A DNA stretch of 64,000 nucleotides from Carcharhinus longimanus (taxonomy: Eukaryota), in NCBI GenBank assembly GCA_030264375.1, contig JASCQW010000128.1, positions 20,492,961 to 20,556,960 on the forward strand. Direction: 5' to 3'. Numbering within the stretch: position 1 is the first letter of the stretch; every line of letters begins with the position of its first letter. The position numbers and the translations under genes are program-made. Below the pieces are notes generated by a model. The model was given only the letters and a program-made list of their open reading frames with translations. It was not told where the DNA came from and made no database searches. Shown here piece after piece: positions 1 to 13,132 of this stretch.

Positions 1-563
1 TTAAGAAAATGCCTCTACTTTCTCAGAAAACTAAGTAGATTTGGCACATCAGTAATGACTCTCAACAACTTTTACAGATGCACCATAGAAAGCATTCTTT
101 CTGGTTGTATCACAGCTTGGTGTGACTCCTGCTCTGCCCAAGACCGCAAGGAACTACAAAAGGTTGTGAATGCAGCCCAATCCATCATGCAAACCAGCCT
201 CCATCCATGGGCTCTGTCTACACTCCCTGTTGCCTCGGCAAAGCAGCCAGTATGATAAAGGACTTCACGCACTGCGGACATTCCCTCTTCCACCTTCTTC
301 CGTCTGGAAAAAGATACAAAAGTCCAAGGTCACATACCAACTGGTTCAAAAACAGCCTCTTCCCAGCTATCAGGTTTTTGAATGGACCTACCTTGCATGA
401 AGTTGATCTTTCTCTGCATCCTAGCTATGACTGTAACACTAAATTCTGCACTGCACTCTCTTGTTTCATTCTCTATGAATGGTATGCTCTGTATAGCGCT
501 CAAGAAACAATATTTTTCACTGTATGCTAATACATGTGACAATAATAAATCAAATCAAATCAA
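1..563 (+). mobile_element. Rex1/Babar-type LINE 3' end
   Basis: FYRCTIESILSGCITAW and HSLFHLLPSGKRY...FKNSLFP motifs; tail aataaatcaaatcaaatcaa. Confidence 0.8.
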
Positions 564-564
564 G

Positions 565-2700
565 TACAGGAACCCATTCAAGTGGGGAGGATACAAGAAT
601 GGAGTAGTGCGTCAGGGACGGTATATTGAGGGGGTTTTCCACTGTTTCTTGTAGCAAAGAGCCAGAGTTAAGACTGCTGTGTTGTCTGTCCGCTGCCAGG
701 GTTTCGGACATCCTCTCAGGGCTGGAATACAGTGAGAGAGGAAGGATCCTATTGTCATGGTCCAAGTACATACCAATGTAATAATAGAATGAGGAAAGAG
801 GTTCTGCATAGAGAGTTGAGGAGCTAGGCACTAAATTAAACAACAGAACCTTGTTATAATTGTTGGATGGCACCTGGGCTGCTTGCAAATTTGCATAGAG
901 TACAGAAAATTAGAGAGATGAATACATGGCTCAAAGACTGGTGTGGGTTCATGGGGCACTGGTATCAGTACTGGGGAAGGTAAGGACTGCAGTGTTGGGA
1001 TGCCCTACATAGATCTATGTTGGACCAGTTTTCTTGCAAACCATTGGGAGAGGGCTTTAAACTAAATAGAGTGAATTATGAGTAGGCATACAAAGCAAAA
1101 TAATATTGTAGCACTGCAAGACAGCTATTTAGGTAATGATACCCAGACAATGATAGAAAGGGTCAGAGTATACAAACATAAAGAAAAGAAGCAAATAGAG
1201 TGAAAGGGAGAAAAAATAGCAAAAAAGACAAAATTAATGGTTCTTTACTTAAATGCATGTAGAATTCAGCACAAAATGAACTTAATGGATACGATCTTAT
1301 AGCCATTAAGCCATTACAGAGACATGGTTTGGAGGTCAAAACTGGGACCTAAATATTCAGGAGTATGTGAACTTTTGTAAGGAGTGCATGAAGGAAAGGA
1401 TGGTGAGATAGCTTTGTTTGTACAAGATAGAATAAGTACGATAGCAAGAAAGGATCTTCGAAAAGAAGATGTAGAATCCATATGGGTGGAATTATGAAAG
1501 GGGAGGAAGATGCTGGTGGGAATAGTCTCTAGGCCTCCTAACAGTACCTATACTGTTAGAGCGGGAATAGATCAGGAGGGCGTGTAAAATAAAAGCACAA
1601 TACTTTAATCGTGAGTAACTTTAATCTTCATGTAGATTGGGAAAATCAAATTGGCAGAGGTAGTCATGAGGAAGAATTCATAGAATGTATTCAGAACAAT
1701 ACGTCGTGGATCCAACCAGCAGTAGGCTATTTTGGGTCTGGTAATGTGCAATCAGGCATGTTTAATAAGCAATCTCAGAATAAAAGATCCGTTAGGAAAC
1801 AGTGACCATAACACGGTTGAATTTAGCATTCAATTTGAGAGTGAGAAACTTGGACCAGAAATAATTGTGTTACACTTAAAAAAGGGTGATTACTAAGGAA
1901 CAAAAGCAAAGTTGGCTGGACTGGGAAAGGAGTTTTGCAGAAAAGATGGTTGATCAACAGTAACAGATGTTTATGAAAATAGTTCATGTGGCACAACAAA
2001 GATATATCCCAGTAAGAAGGAAGGATTCTAGAAAGAAGATAAATCAACATTGGTTAACCAAGGAAGATAAGAATAAAGATTAGTGGTGAGCCAGAGGATT
2101 GGGAAAGTTTTAAAAACCAAAAGGTGACCAAAAAAAGGAGATAAATTATGAGTGTGACAGTGGGCAGTAATGGCTCCTGATGGGTTGCATCCAAGGATTT
2201 AAAGGAAATAGCTACAGAGATACTGGATGCATTGGAAGTAATCTTCCAAGAATCTTTAAATTCTGGAAACGTCTCAAAGGACTGGAAAATTGCCAATATA
2301 ATACCTTTATTCAAAAAGGGAAGGAAACAAAAAGCAATTAACTTAACTTCTATCAGGGTAGATACTGAGAGGTTGCACCTTATGGGAGACTCTAGGATCA
2401 GAGGGCACAATCTCAGACTAAGGGGTTACATTTAAAACAGAGATGAGAAGGAATTTTTTCTCAGTGGGTAGTGAATCAGTCTAATTCTTCACCATAGAGG
2501 GCTGTAGAATTGGGTCATTAAGAACGTTCAAGGCTGAGATGGACAAATTTGTGATCAGTAAGAGAATCATGAGTCATGGAGATAAGGCAGGAAAGTGGAG
2601 TTGAGGATTATCATGCCAGATCAGTCATGATCTCATTGAATGGTAGAACAGACTTGATTGGCCGAATGACCTACTTCTGCTTCTATGTCTTATGGTCATA
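565..2700 (+). mobile_element. Degenerate CR1 (HER1-like) LINE with internal deletion
   Basis: ORF1 esterase-like remnant (~640-1060), endonuclease remnants, WKIANIIPLFKKG jumping at ~2345 to the 3' tail (SRIRGHNLRLRG ... cctacttctgcttctatgtcttatgg). Confidence 0.8.
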
Positions 2701-2704
2701 GCAC

Positions 2705-2985
2705 TTCAGATGCGGATCCAGGTACCTTCTAAATGAGTCGAAGGTTTCTGCCTCCACCACCAAACCAGGCAGCAAATTCTAGACACCCATCACCCTCTGG
2801 GTGAAGAAGTTTTTCCTTGTGTCCCCTTTTATCCTTCTACCAATCACCTTAATCCTGTGCCCCTGATAACTGACCTCTCCACTATGGGAAACAGGACATT
2901 CCTGTTTCCTCTACCTAGGCCCCTCACAATCTTGAATATCTCAGTTAAGTCATCCCTCAGTCTCCTCTGTTCAAAAGAAAACAAC
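2705..2985 (-). mobile_element. CR1 3' fragment, reverse orientation
   Basis: caccaccctctgggtgaagaagtt-like sequence and ctcctctgttcaaaagaaaac, typical of a reversed CR1 tail. Confidence 0.6.
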
Positions 2986-4729
2986 AAAATAATTAATTAA
3001 TGAAACTGATTACATAAGATATAGATTTAAATATTTAATGACATCATATCAAACATTGCAGCATTCCCTCAGTACTGCAATGGAACATCAGCCTTGATTT
3101 TTGTACTCGAGCCTGAAAGTAGGACTTCAAGCCTGAACTGTCTTACTCAGAAGAGTGACATTAACTGAGCCACAGCTGTCACAGGATTTCTGTTTTACCA
3201 TCCACACTTGAGAACATGCGCCAGTTTTTAAAATGCACAGGTTGCCTGGATCCATTGAAGTGGAGGACTTGTTAAAGGTCACAGGATTCCTTCAGTCATA
3301 CATATCCTGGGACTCACTGCAGTTAATGCAGCATTTGTGCTTCTATATCTTCATCTCTTATCAAGCAGAATTGTAATCAAGTTTTTGCTGGGTCTACAAT
3401 TCTGCTCCCTTCTGGTTGATTTGTCAATTACCTTAATTTTGAGTCCTCTGGTTACTGACCCTTTTTTTTTGAATAAAATCAATGCACTTCATGATTTTGA
3501 ACACCACTTGAAATCTGCCCTTAACCTTCTCTTATCCAAGGAGAACAATGTCCCAGCTTCTTTCTTCACCAAACTTTACTGAAGTTTCTCATTCCCTGGT
3601 ACCATCACAAATGTAAAAGGTTGACAAAGACATAAACAAAGAAGCAAGATTTTTTAAATAGAATACAGATATATTACAAGAATCAGCATTGTTAGGGGTA
3701 AAAAATTGGAAAAATGTGGAAACAAAACTGTATAAGACTTGACTTAAACTAGAGTTCTAGTGAGCATATGCATTCTTCAGTGTAATATTATGCCAATGCA
3801 GACCCAAAGATCCCAGGTTCAAATCCTGGCCTGCTGCTGGCTAACCTAAACCAGGACAGCAGCTACTGCTGCATGGCTCTCCATCAGCATCAGCAGTGGT
3901 ACAGGGAAGAAAGAAATTGTGGTTACACCAGCTTTAAAGCGTGCATTGGTTCTTTTGAGGACAGGGGGAGGCTACAGTGACAAACTATGTTAAAGAGTGG
4001 GCACTCAAAGGTACTGAAGGACCTCCAGCACCCATGGCATTAGACCTTAACAAGAATCAGCATCTTTAGGGAAAAAAAATGGAAAAATGTGGAAACAAAA
4101 TTGTATAAGACTTGACTTAAACCAGAGTTTTAAAACCCAAGTGAAAAATAAGCTAAAGACTTGAAACTCCAGTGTACATACTTGAAAAGCCACACTGCAA
4201 ATCAAAAGTAAGCAATCAAGTAATCTCGAATACACACTTACCTTGGGCTGCTCAGAGTGGTCTTGCATGTGTGCTCACCTTCTCGAACATGGTGACCCAA
4301 CTCCTCAAGAAGTGCCCACCTCTGGCCACCAATCACTGGCCAGATTACCATGAATTACTCCCTTGGATTCCCTGACACTACCACAGGATTCCAAGGAAGT
4401 GGTCTGCAGGCCCCAGTTTACAACAGATGTAGGCAAAGTGTTCCTCCTAAAGGTCTGAGCTAATGTATACTTATCTACAGCAATTCACCAAGGCTTCTTT
4501 AACACCTTCCAAACACACAACCTTCTAAACACCTAAGAAAGGTCAGGGCAGTAGGAACAAGAGAGCACCATTTCTCCAAATTTTTCCCAAGTCACGCATA
4601 CCATTCCAACTTAGACTTATAACACTGTTCCTTCATTGCCAGTCAGACAGAATCTGGAACTTTAAATTTATCAGCATTGTGGTGCATCTTACCCACATGG
4701 ACGGCAATAATTCAAAAATTATGCCCACG

Positions 4730-4983
4730 ATTATTAGCGAGGGGGATTGAATATAAAAGTAGGGAGGTCTTGCTGCAGCTGTATAGGGCATTGGTGAGGC
4801 CGCAGCTGGANNNNNNNNNNNNNNNNNNNNNNNNNNNNNNNNNNNNNNNNNNNNNNNNNNNNNNNNNNNNNNNNNNNNNNNNNNNNNNNNNNNNNNNNNN
4901 NNNNNNNNNNGAATGGCGGGGCAGGCTCGAAGGGCTAGATGGCCTACTCCTGCTCCTATTTCTTATGTTCTTATGTTCTTATG
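4730..4983 (+). mobile_element. Young CR1 3' end spanning an assembly gap
   Basis: ARGIEYKSREVLLQLYRALVRPQL, gap, then tail gcctactcctgctcctatttcttatgttcttatgttcttatg. Confidence 0.8.
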
Positions 4984-5580
4984 ATTACCTTCTCACGAGT
5001 ACCATGGATGGACATTTAATGCCTGCCTGGTCAATAATGTCCATACTCTGAAATATATTTAACAAATACCTTCTTAAACTGTTTTTTTTTCCGATGTCTT
5101 GCACTTGATCCTGAAATAAATAGATCCCTCATCCTCCATCAAACTCATAGACACTCCAACAAGGGATTAGTACTGCATGAGTTCAATTTGACCCAGTAGA
5201 AACACTTGCAACATCTCCCCAGGGATGGCATTATTGCAGCTAATCCCTCGTCATACAGTTGTGAATTTACTTCTTTAGCTTTTTAACAGTGCAGCTGACA
5301 TTTGAACTCTGTACCCACAGGATAGCAAAATCCTGTTCTACGCAATAAGTTGTAACTCACAATGAAAAGTTGGTGCAGAATGTAGTCAGCTATAGTGGTG
5401 CATCAGATATAGTGAAACAAGAGATTCTATGGTATGATAGGAAGAACAAATAAAAATGACCATTAACCGCAACACATGACTTTTGTTTTAACAGATCAAC
5501 TGTATCTACAATCTTCTTCTTCTCTATCCTTCTCCACTGACACAACTGAATTATCTCTTCAGCTCATTTACACTTCTATC

Positions 5581-8500
5581 TGTTGTGTTCTGGGTTCATT
5601 TGATGTCTCAATCTTGAGACTTGTATGTTTAAACATGAACAACTAATTGTTCATCTTGAACTACTCACAGATCTCAGTTACTGCCTTGCATGGTGCTCCT
5701 GTCTCCATTTAGGTTCCTTCTAGAGTACCTTTGAGTTGATAACCATGGCTTTATGCATCATGGCAGTACTATTCACTAGTCCCAAATTAACCCTTGCACT
5801 GCTGAACATCTTTACATTATAATGGCATGCAGGCATACAATATCCTGCTTTCTAATCTAAAGCAAACTTTCCTCCCTGCCAATCAAGTATAACTATTTGT
5901 AATACAACGTGACCTGCTATCCCTTCACCCTTACCTCAAGTCTCTGACTTATATATTCAGACTGTCTTGGAGCTTGACAGTTCTTTCACATTTTGTTCCA
6001 CCACATGCAGTGTGGAACTGTGTGTTTGTGGTACTTTGTTATCTCTATTTAATTCACTTATTTTGCTCCTTCAGTTGCATTTCTCTTTATTACCAGCCCA
6101 TGTGCTTACTTTGAATACCTGAGTTGCCCTGTTCCTTCCACAGGGAATGTGAACTCTGTTCATTCCTAGAGTGGACTCAAATTTTCTAATTTGTGGTATC
6201 CATCATGTTCTTGCTGGACATGTATGTTTTGCAGATGGAATCTTCATTTCCACTTGTTTCACAATCTCAGCCAAACATTTGTTGTTTTATTTTCAAATAA
6301 TTTTGCAAGCTAATGACACTTTTCATTCAGTTCAATGATCTCAGTACATCTGAGACACCCCGTGCTGCTTCTCCAGTTCCTCATGCTTCTGTGAGGATTT
6401 ACATTTTCTGACCTTATTTCTGTCTTTCCTTTCTCCGTCTTGTGATGATACTGTGTCTTTAAGAAATGTATTATCTTGTTTCTAGTGAGGGGTATGTTTA
6501 AAATTCAGCTGTTTTACACGATGTTGATTTGTCTTCAAAACAGGCAGCTAACATGCTAAGAATGCAGGCTAATGATTGATTTTAGCTAGGGATGGGTTTG
6601 TTTTAATCCAAATTAATGCATTTTTGTTTTTGTTTTTTACCCTGGGGTTTCAGAATGTGAAAGAATCAAGAGGTCTCTCTGGCGGCTGCTGTTGGGACCT
6701 GCTAGGAGAAATAAGTCTCTCTCTAGCCATTGTTCTCTCCAGAGATGTTCTGGAGGCTTGAAGATTGACAGCCCAAGTACTTAAGCCTGTATGTTGCTAA
6801 CTGGTTTTGAAGAGAGGTTTAAGTCTATATAAGTAATATTATTTGGATTGGAACTAAAAAAGATAAGTTAGCAGTTAAGAATTGTACTGTGTTGCGTTCA
6901 AGTATTTTGATTAGTAAAATTTAAGCTAATTAATTCATTATCGTTAAATCGTGTTGTTAAATCAAGTTTATTTCGATAAAAGCCTCCTATGTGTCAACAG
7001 AATCATACCTAAAGTGAAACATCTTATCCTCACACTAATGCAAAAATAGAAAAACTGTTGGGCTCTAGTAAGGCTTTGCAACATACTTTGGGATTTCTGA
7101 TCGGTATCTTAATAGTCTGCAGCAGAACTTCATCCCTGCCCTTTGTTTTGCTTTCACTATTGGCCAAATCCATCTTTTTTTTTTAAAACATGTTTCAGTT
7201 CTGTAATTGTGCTCCACATGGCTTCATTATCAGCTCACCGCTTGGAAAGTTTGATGGCTTTTCCTTTCAATGCTTCGTTGTTTTCATTCAGCTGGTTCCG
7301 CAGCTCTCCAATCTTCCTCTTTCGGCTTCCTCCTAGAAAATAGAACATCTATGAGTCTTCTATACCAGCTGTTTCTTCAGTTTGTTCAGAGTGATACTAA
7401 TTTCATTTTGTTTCTCTTCGCAATTTCCCCGAGGAAGGAGCTTTGTCCAAGGGGATTCTTGTAATGTGTGAAGATCCTTCAACAGATTTTCCATTTTTCC
7501 CTTGCTAAACTTGCTGGTTTCATCTTGAATTTTTTCGGTAATTCAGTAGTCTGAGTTTCTTCTGATGTTCTTCCACTTAGCTGTTTAAGACTGTCTTCAT
7601 GTCACTGAATGATTATGCATTCCTTTTGCATTTGATTTTGAAGGGTAATTAACTGTTTATCAACTGTTAATTTTCTTGCTGATCTCTTGCCTACTCACTC
7701 TGGGCTTCAGTGCATTGTTTCATTGCTACTGACAGTTCCAAAGCACCTTTTTAGCTCCTCATGATTTTATGGCTACATACGGATTCTTTTAGGTCGCAAC
7801 TTGTTTGTGTGTCTTTCTGTCTATTGTAGTGACTGGTTGTATATCTGGTCAAATTTTCCCAATTCCCACTTTCATTTATCAACTGTGGAATTGAGTGTCA
7901 TTACTTCCTCCTTTGTGTCACTTCTGAAATTTGTTTGTTCAGATCTCGAACAGCCTGGTTCATTAAAGACTTCAGATTTTCAAAGACATACACTCAGCTT
8001 GAATCTTGCATTTCAAATCTTCCAACACAGCTCTGATACAAATATTTTCCTGTAGAATAGTTTAATTTCTGCTTGGCTTTTTATATTTGAGTTACCTCAG
8101 AATGCTTTCTTATATTCACAGCCATCTGCTCATTCCACACTGCCATCAGCTGTTGCCGTTTGAATAACGTCAGCATTTTGAAAAAAAACTCTACATTTAA
8201 GCCTTTCAGCTGCTTTGCAGGTATTTCTCTCTTCTACACTAAAAACTTTTCAGCCTGTGCATTTCATTGTATTGATATGGTCAGCAACCACCTTGTGGTT
8301 TACCTGAATATTGTTGTCCTTGCTCTGGGGTCTTTTGCCAGCCTCGGCATTTTATTGGGGTGTGCTAGACTTTCTGCTAGGATCTACACTGTCCACAGCT
8401 TGGAGACTAAAATATCTGTTAAGGCCTAGTAATATTTCATCAAACGTTGTCAAGTATTGATCTATATGTTGTGGAGCACCTTCACCTACAAATTAACCAA

Positions 8501-11272
8501 ACACGAATAAAAACTGATCAACTTGCACTTCTTCTGACTCCCTATTTAATCCTGTAATGTGAGAGTGAGAGTAGGAGTGGCTGTGTTTTTGCGAGATCTA
8601 GCACTACTCATCTTTTAATCCTTTCTTTTATCCTGATGCACTTTGTATAATTAGCTGATCCATAATACATATTTTGTGCAATATTTGTGGAAGATGCTGG
8701 CTAACTTTTTTGACTGCGTGAAGCCAAATTAAGTCAAAGAAATCTTTATTTGTGAGACATGATCGGAGCTGACCTGGGTGGAGCCCAGTTCACATCATTG
8801 ACGAGCAGGCCCATGCTCAGGTGTTGCTGTTGACGCCAATATGAAGACTGTTTTTAAGTGCAAAGATGTGGAAAATGTATTCTACTCCCTGGCACAGATT
8901 ATGAGTGGTCACCATAGTGAACTGCAAGATATCCTACAGAGGATTAAAAGGTGCAGAGTTGATAATCTTTTTAGTCGAGAGAGAGGTTTCCCTCAGTGAC
9001 GGCTCATCTTTGATCCTTGGAAATCCTGCTGCATGGTACGTCGAACATCCTATTAAAGTCGGGGAGACACTGTCAGATGAGGGCTGCCCGTGAGCTAATT
9101 TCCTTAGGAAGGGTTAGAGCTGCAGTGGCTGCCGTGTTTTCACAATCTCAGTTTGAGAGCTGTACGTCTTGAATCCTGGATGTTCCTTGGGATCCAGTCA
9201 TGGCCTCAGCCTTTTATAACTCCGTTGAAGGTTTATAATCCTCCAGTTTACCATTAATCCTGAACTTTGTTCCCTTGTGATTTTACTCCTGATTATTTGA
9301 TGTTGTCTTTTACCCTGATAAGGGCATGTGTCAAGCACAGAAGTTTGGGATTTCTTTTCTCTTCACTTCATTTGGGATCATTATCTTTTAGATGCTTGCT
9401 GATGGCTCTTCTACCAGTGTCCTTTGGCAATGGGAAGGGGAGAAGGCCTTGATTCTCTGGCTAGGGCCCTATTCCTTTTTTTCTTGTCAGGGAGTGCTCT
9501 GAGTGGGTTTTATGTCTTTAAATTCAATTAAATATATATTGCATGACTTATGTGCTGCAATCCTTGTATTTGCACAGGAGTACATTCTTTTGTAGCAAGT
9601 CTTTTGCCTTTGTTTTAATTATAGAAAAGATAAGTAGCACAACAGCAGGGTAGTGGATGGACAGATAGATGCAAGGATGATTGGTATGGCCTGAAGTCTT
9701 CATTTTAGTGTGCAAAGCCCCCCATTTGAATTACAGATGTTGTGTTTTTCCTTGCTTTTTTTGTTAGTTATTCTGGGTCGAAGAAATCCTGTGCTTATTC
9801 TATAGTGCTATGGACAGACTAAATATTGTGGGGTGGACTGGACTTCTTTACCTTGCTGTTAGTATTTCTGGTCGGTGCGTGTATTAAGGTGGTGTGTGGT
9901 GATACATGCCCGAGCACAGTTGATAAATTTCTGAGTTTTGAGTTTATTATGTTGCTCTGTGAAAAGTTGTGCACCATAGTGCCAGTTATCATGTCCTTAT
10001 CCTGTTGTCCTGATTACCCACACTCTTTTACTCTTTTTCTGTTATCTTTTCAACATCTGTCCTAAAGGAAGCATTGACCATAATGGCAGGAATTAGGATG
10101 CCTGATTCACTAAATTATTTGCATTGACTTTGCTTATCTTCTCCATGTATATATGTGAAATGATGATTGTTATGTACGGTGTTGAATCCTGGGAATTTGC
10201 TGCATATCAGACTGAATATAAAGTTGAAAATTCCCAATAAAAACAGTATTTAAAAAAATTCTGTTCTCCTAGACTCCCATTCTTGGGTCTGGTTCAGTCA
10301 CTTCCTTATCCAAAATGCATCTGGTTTTTCTAATTTTTTTGTTCATGGCCAGCTTTTTTGTAGTTACAGCCTTACACGTTGTTGCTCTGTAAAGTAACTG
10401 TCTGCAGCCTGTCAGTTATATTTGTGATTTTTCAGGTTTGACAGAAGCCCAGTGATTGTGGGCCTTCTTAAGAACTTTGTTTTAAAGAAAACGCTTCAGC
10501 AGTTTCTTCCTTTTTGTTTTCTACCTTGCAGGAACTTTTAAAACAGCAGCAATTCATTCCTCTGTACAAGACAACAGGGACCCAACTGAAAAGGCTTTTC
10601 TGTCTCTGAAATTTTGCAGGCTTTTTCCTTGGTTTCACCCCATTTGGTACCTCATGTTATATGGTGCCAGCTGAAGTTACAACTTGCCTACAGATACTCT
10701 ATGTATATGCTGAGCCCCAATATTGGCACTTATTTTAAAAATGTAAGCATAGCTTTATGTTTGTACTTTTCTTCACCTGTCTTGTGATCTTGACCAGGCT
10801 TCATATGTGTCACTCAGGGTCTTTTTGCAATGGACCGCCACTTACTTTGAGGGATTCCTCAAGTGTTTCTTCAATTTTCTTTCTTAGGCTCATATCTCTG
10901 GTCAGGCTTCAGCTGTTTTTATTTTTGCATATCTTGGGATTCTGTTTTGAGTTCATTGTTTAAATGCCACCTTTCATCCCACTGCTGCCACCACGTTGTG
11001 TTATGGGTTCATTTGATATCTCAATGATGTCATCTTGAGTGTTGTATATATAAACATAAGCCNNNNNNNNNNNNNNNNNNNTATGTGCAGATCTCGGTCA
11101 CTGCCACACATGATGCAGCTATCTCTATGCAGGTTCCTTCTAGGAGTGCTTGCTGAGTCTATTACCATTTGACTCTATACATCATGCCTTGGGCAGTGCT
11201 ATTCTCCAGGCAGGCTAACCCTTACCCTGATGAACACCTTCACATTACAATGGCATGCAGGCACACACATCA
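5581..11272 (-). mobile_element. Degenerate LTR retrotransposon (Gypsy-like) with paired LTRs and tRNA-Leu PBS
   Basis: Diverged direct repeats ~5581-5842 and ~10996-11272 (ttgtgtt.tgggttcatttgat...aatggcatgcaggca); minus-strand tggtggcagcagtgggat at ~10977-10994 complements the tRNA-Leu 3' end; no long internal ORF. Confidence 0.75.
6495..7113 (+). mobile_element. Solo LTR-like insertion nested in the LTR element
   Basis: Starts tgtt, AT-rich U3/poly(A)-signal-like region, ends gggatttctgatcggtatcttaata as in fish/shark Gypsy LTR ends. Confidence 0.45.
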
Positions 11273-11675
11273 TAGAACACTGTTTCAATACCTTTCAACT
11301 CTTTTGTATTCCATAATCTGATAAAACTCGGTGATAATTCCGATCTTATTTTCCTATTTTAGTATTTATACACATCCTCCGGTAGTGAAAATTTATAGGT
11401 GGACAATTTATTTGGATCTTTTTTCATTCTCTATAATTTTTAAAACTTCACTGAGACATATTTTCAACTTTGAAACTATACATGCCATCTCACTTTCTGG
11501 CCATGTGAACCCCAAATAGTGAGCATGTAAATGTTACATTTCCTTATCACATAGACAACTAATGCGTCCTCAATTTCAGTTTTGTCAGGAGCAGTGCAAA
11601 CTGGGGAAGACAAAAGCAGTGTTTCCTATTCAAGAGGCATCATCATGACATTACAGACCTGTCCATTTCACCATC

Positions 11676-11933
11676 TGTTATGATGGCCATGATATGACGA
11701 TATGTGAGGATCATCAGTTGGTCTCGTTGAACATGAGCTCCCTATGAGATGAGTTGAAGCTTGTCCCAAAAGGGAAGCAACAGTGGGGAGTTTAAAACCA
11801 GCTGACTCCAGTCAAGCCAAGAGTCGACAGACTCAGGACTGATCAGCACTCTGTGGCTGCTGAATGCTGCTCAGATATCACTAAATAAAAGGGTGATTGG
11901 TGACAGAAGACTGGCATCAGTAAGATTATTACA
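11676..11933 (+). mobile_element. Short solo LTR
   Basis: tgtta...ttaca termini, TATA-like tttaaaa, aataaa followed by gggtgattggtgac. Confidence 0.55.
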
Positions 11934-12134
11934 ATACTTTAAGATTTCATGGGTTAGTAGTTATGCAGCAATCTGAAATATACCACATGGTGCAATAAAC
12001 AGGCTGCACACTCCTCCCATGTCCAGGATTCTCTCCATACTTCTGATTTAAATACGTTGTGTTGACCCATGGTGCTTCCTTTGCACAGCTACAAGAGACT
12101 TTTCCTCCTTTGCTCATGTCTATCATGCTTACTC

Positions 12135-12388
12135 ATGGATTTTCAGAAGGCGTTTGACAAGGTACCTCACAAGAGGTTATTGCAGAAGGTCAGGGGACAT
12201 GGAGTTGGGGNNNNNNNNNNNNNNNNNNNNNNNNNNNNNNNNNNNNNNNNNNNNNNNNNNNNNNNNNNNNNNNNNNNNNNNNNNNNNNNNNNNNNNNNNN
12301 NNNNNNNNNNGATCAGCCATGATCTTATTGAATGGCAGGGCAGGCTCGAGGGGCTAGATGGCCTACTCCTGTTCCTATTTCTTATGTA
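12135..12388 (+). mobile_element. CR1 fragment spanning a gap
   Basis: DFQKAFDKVPHKRLL RT motif and CR1 3' tail. Confidence 0.8.
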
Positions 12389-13132
12389 CTATCTGTCAAA
12401 GGCTTTTATAAATCTATATCCACTAATATCGATGTTTTATTAAAATGAATAAATCTGATCCTATTACCCCATCAGTACAATAGGAGACCCTCAAGCCAGG
12501 AAACAATTTCTTCCAAATAAAGAAAATAAAAACAAGAATTGGTGGACTCCATTTTACAAACTGACTGTCAATATTCCATCACCCTCACTCCTGAGTTACA
12601 TGCAGACAGGATAAAACTTCAGGCTCAATTTGACTTACTTTCCACAAATAAAGCTGAGCAAGAGAACTTTTTATGAATATAGGGATAAAGCTGCACGCCT
12701 TCTGGCCCACCAACTCAGGTGTCAGTCTGCTTCTCAGTTGATCGCCCAAGCCTATGACTTCCCCCATAATCTACATTCGACCAAATCTGATAACTAAGTC
12801 GATTTTTACGTCTTTCTACTGTTACCTTTATAAATCAGAAACCCTGTCAGATAGCATGGCAACGACTGACTTTCTAAATAACTGAGATATCTCATCTATG
12901 GATACAAACTGGAGTAGAGCCTTGGACAATCCTTTGCAGCTGGATTTCAGAACAAATTGCACTAAGTCAATGCAAAGTGGCAAGACCCCAAGGTGGCTTT
13001 CCTATTGAATTCTTTAGAAGTTCTCTGCTCAACTCACTCCCTTATTAATAGATGTATTTAATGACTCATTGTCTCAAAGTTCTCTGCCCCAAACACTAAC
13101 TCAAGCTTCCTTCTCACTTACACTCAAAAAAG

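Noticed and set aside
4242-4375. Strong minus-strand donor CAAG|gtaagt as a possible DEAAQ exon
   Set aside because: No frame matches HELZ; the AAQ-containing frame has an immediately upstream stop
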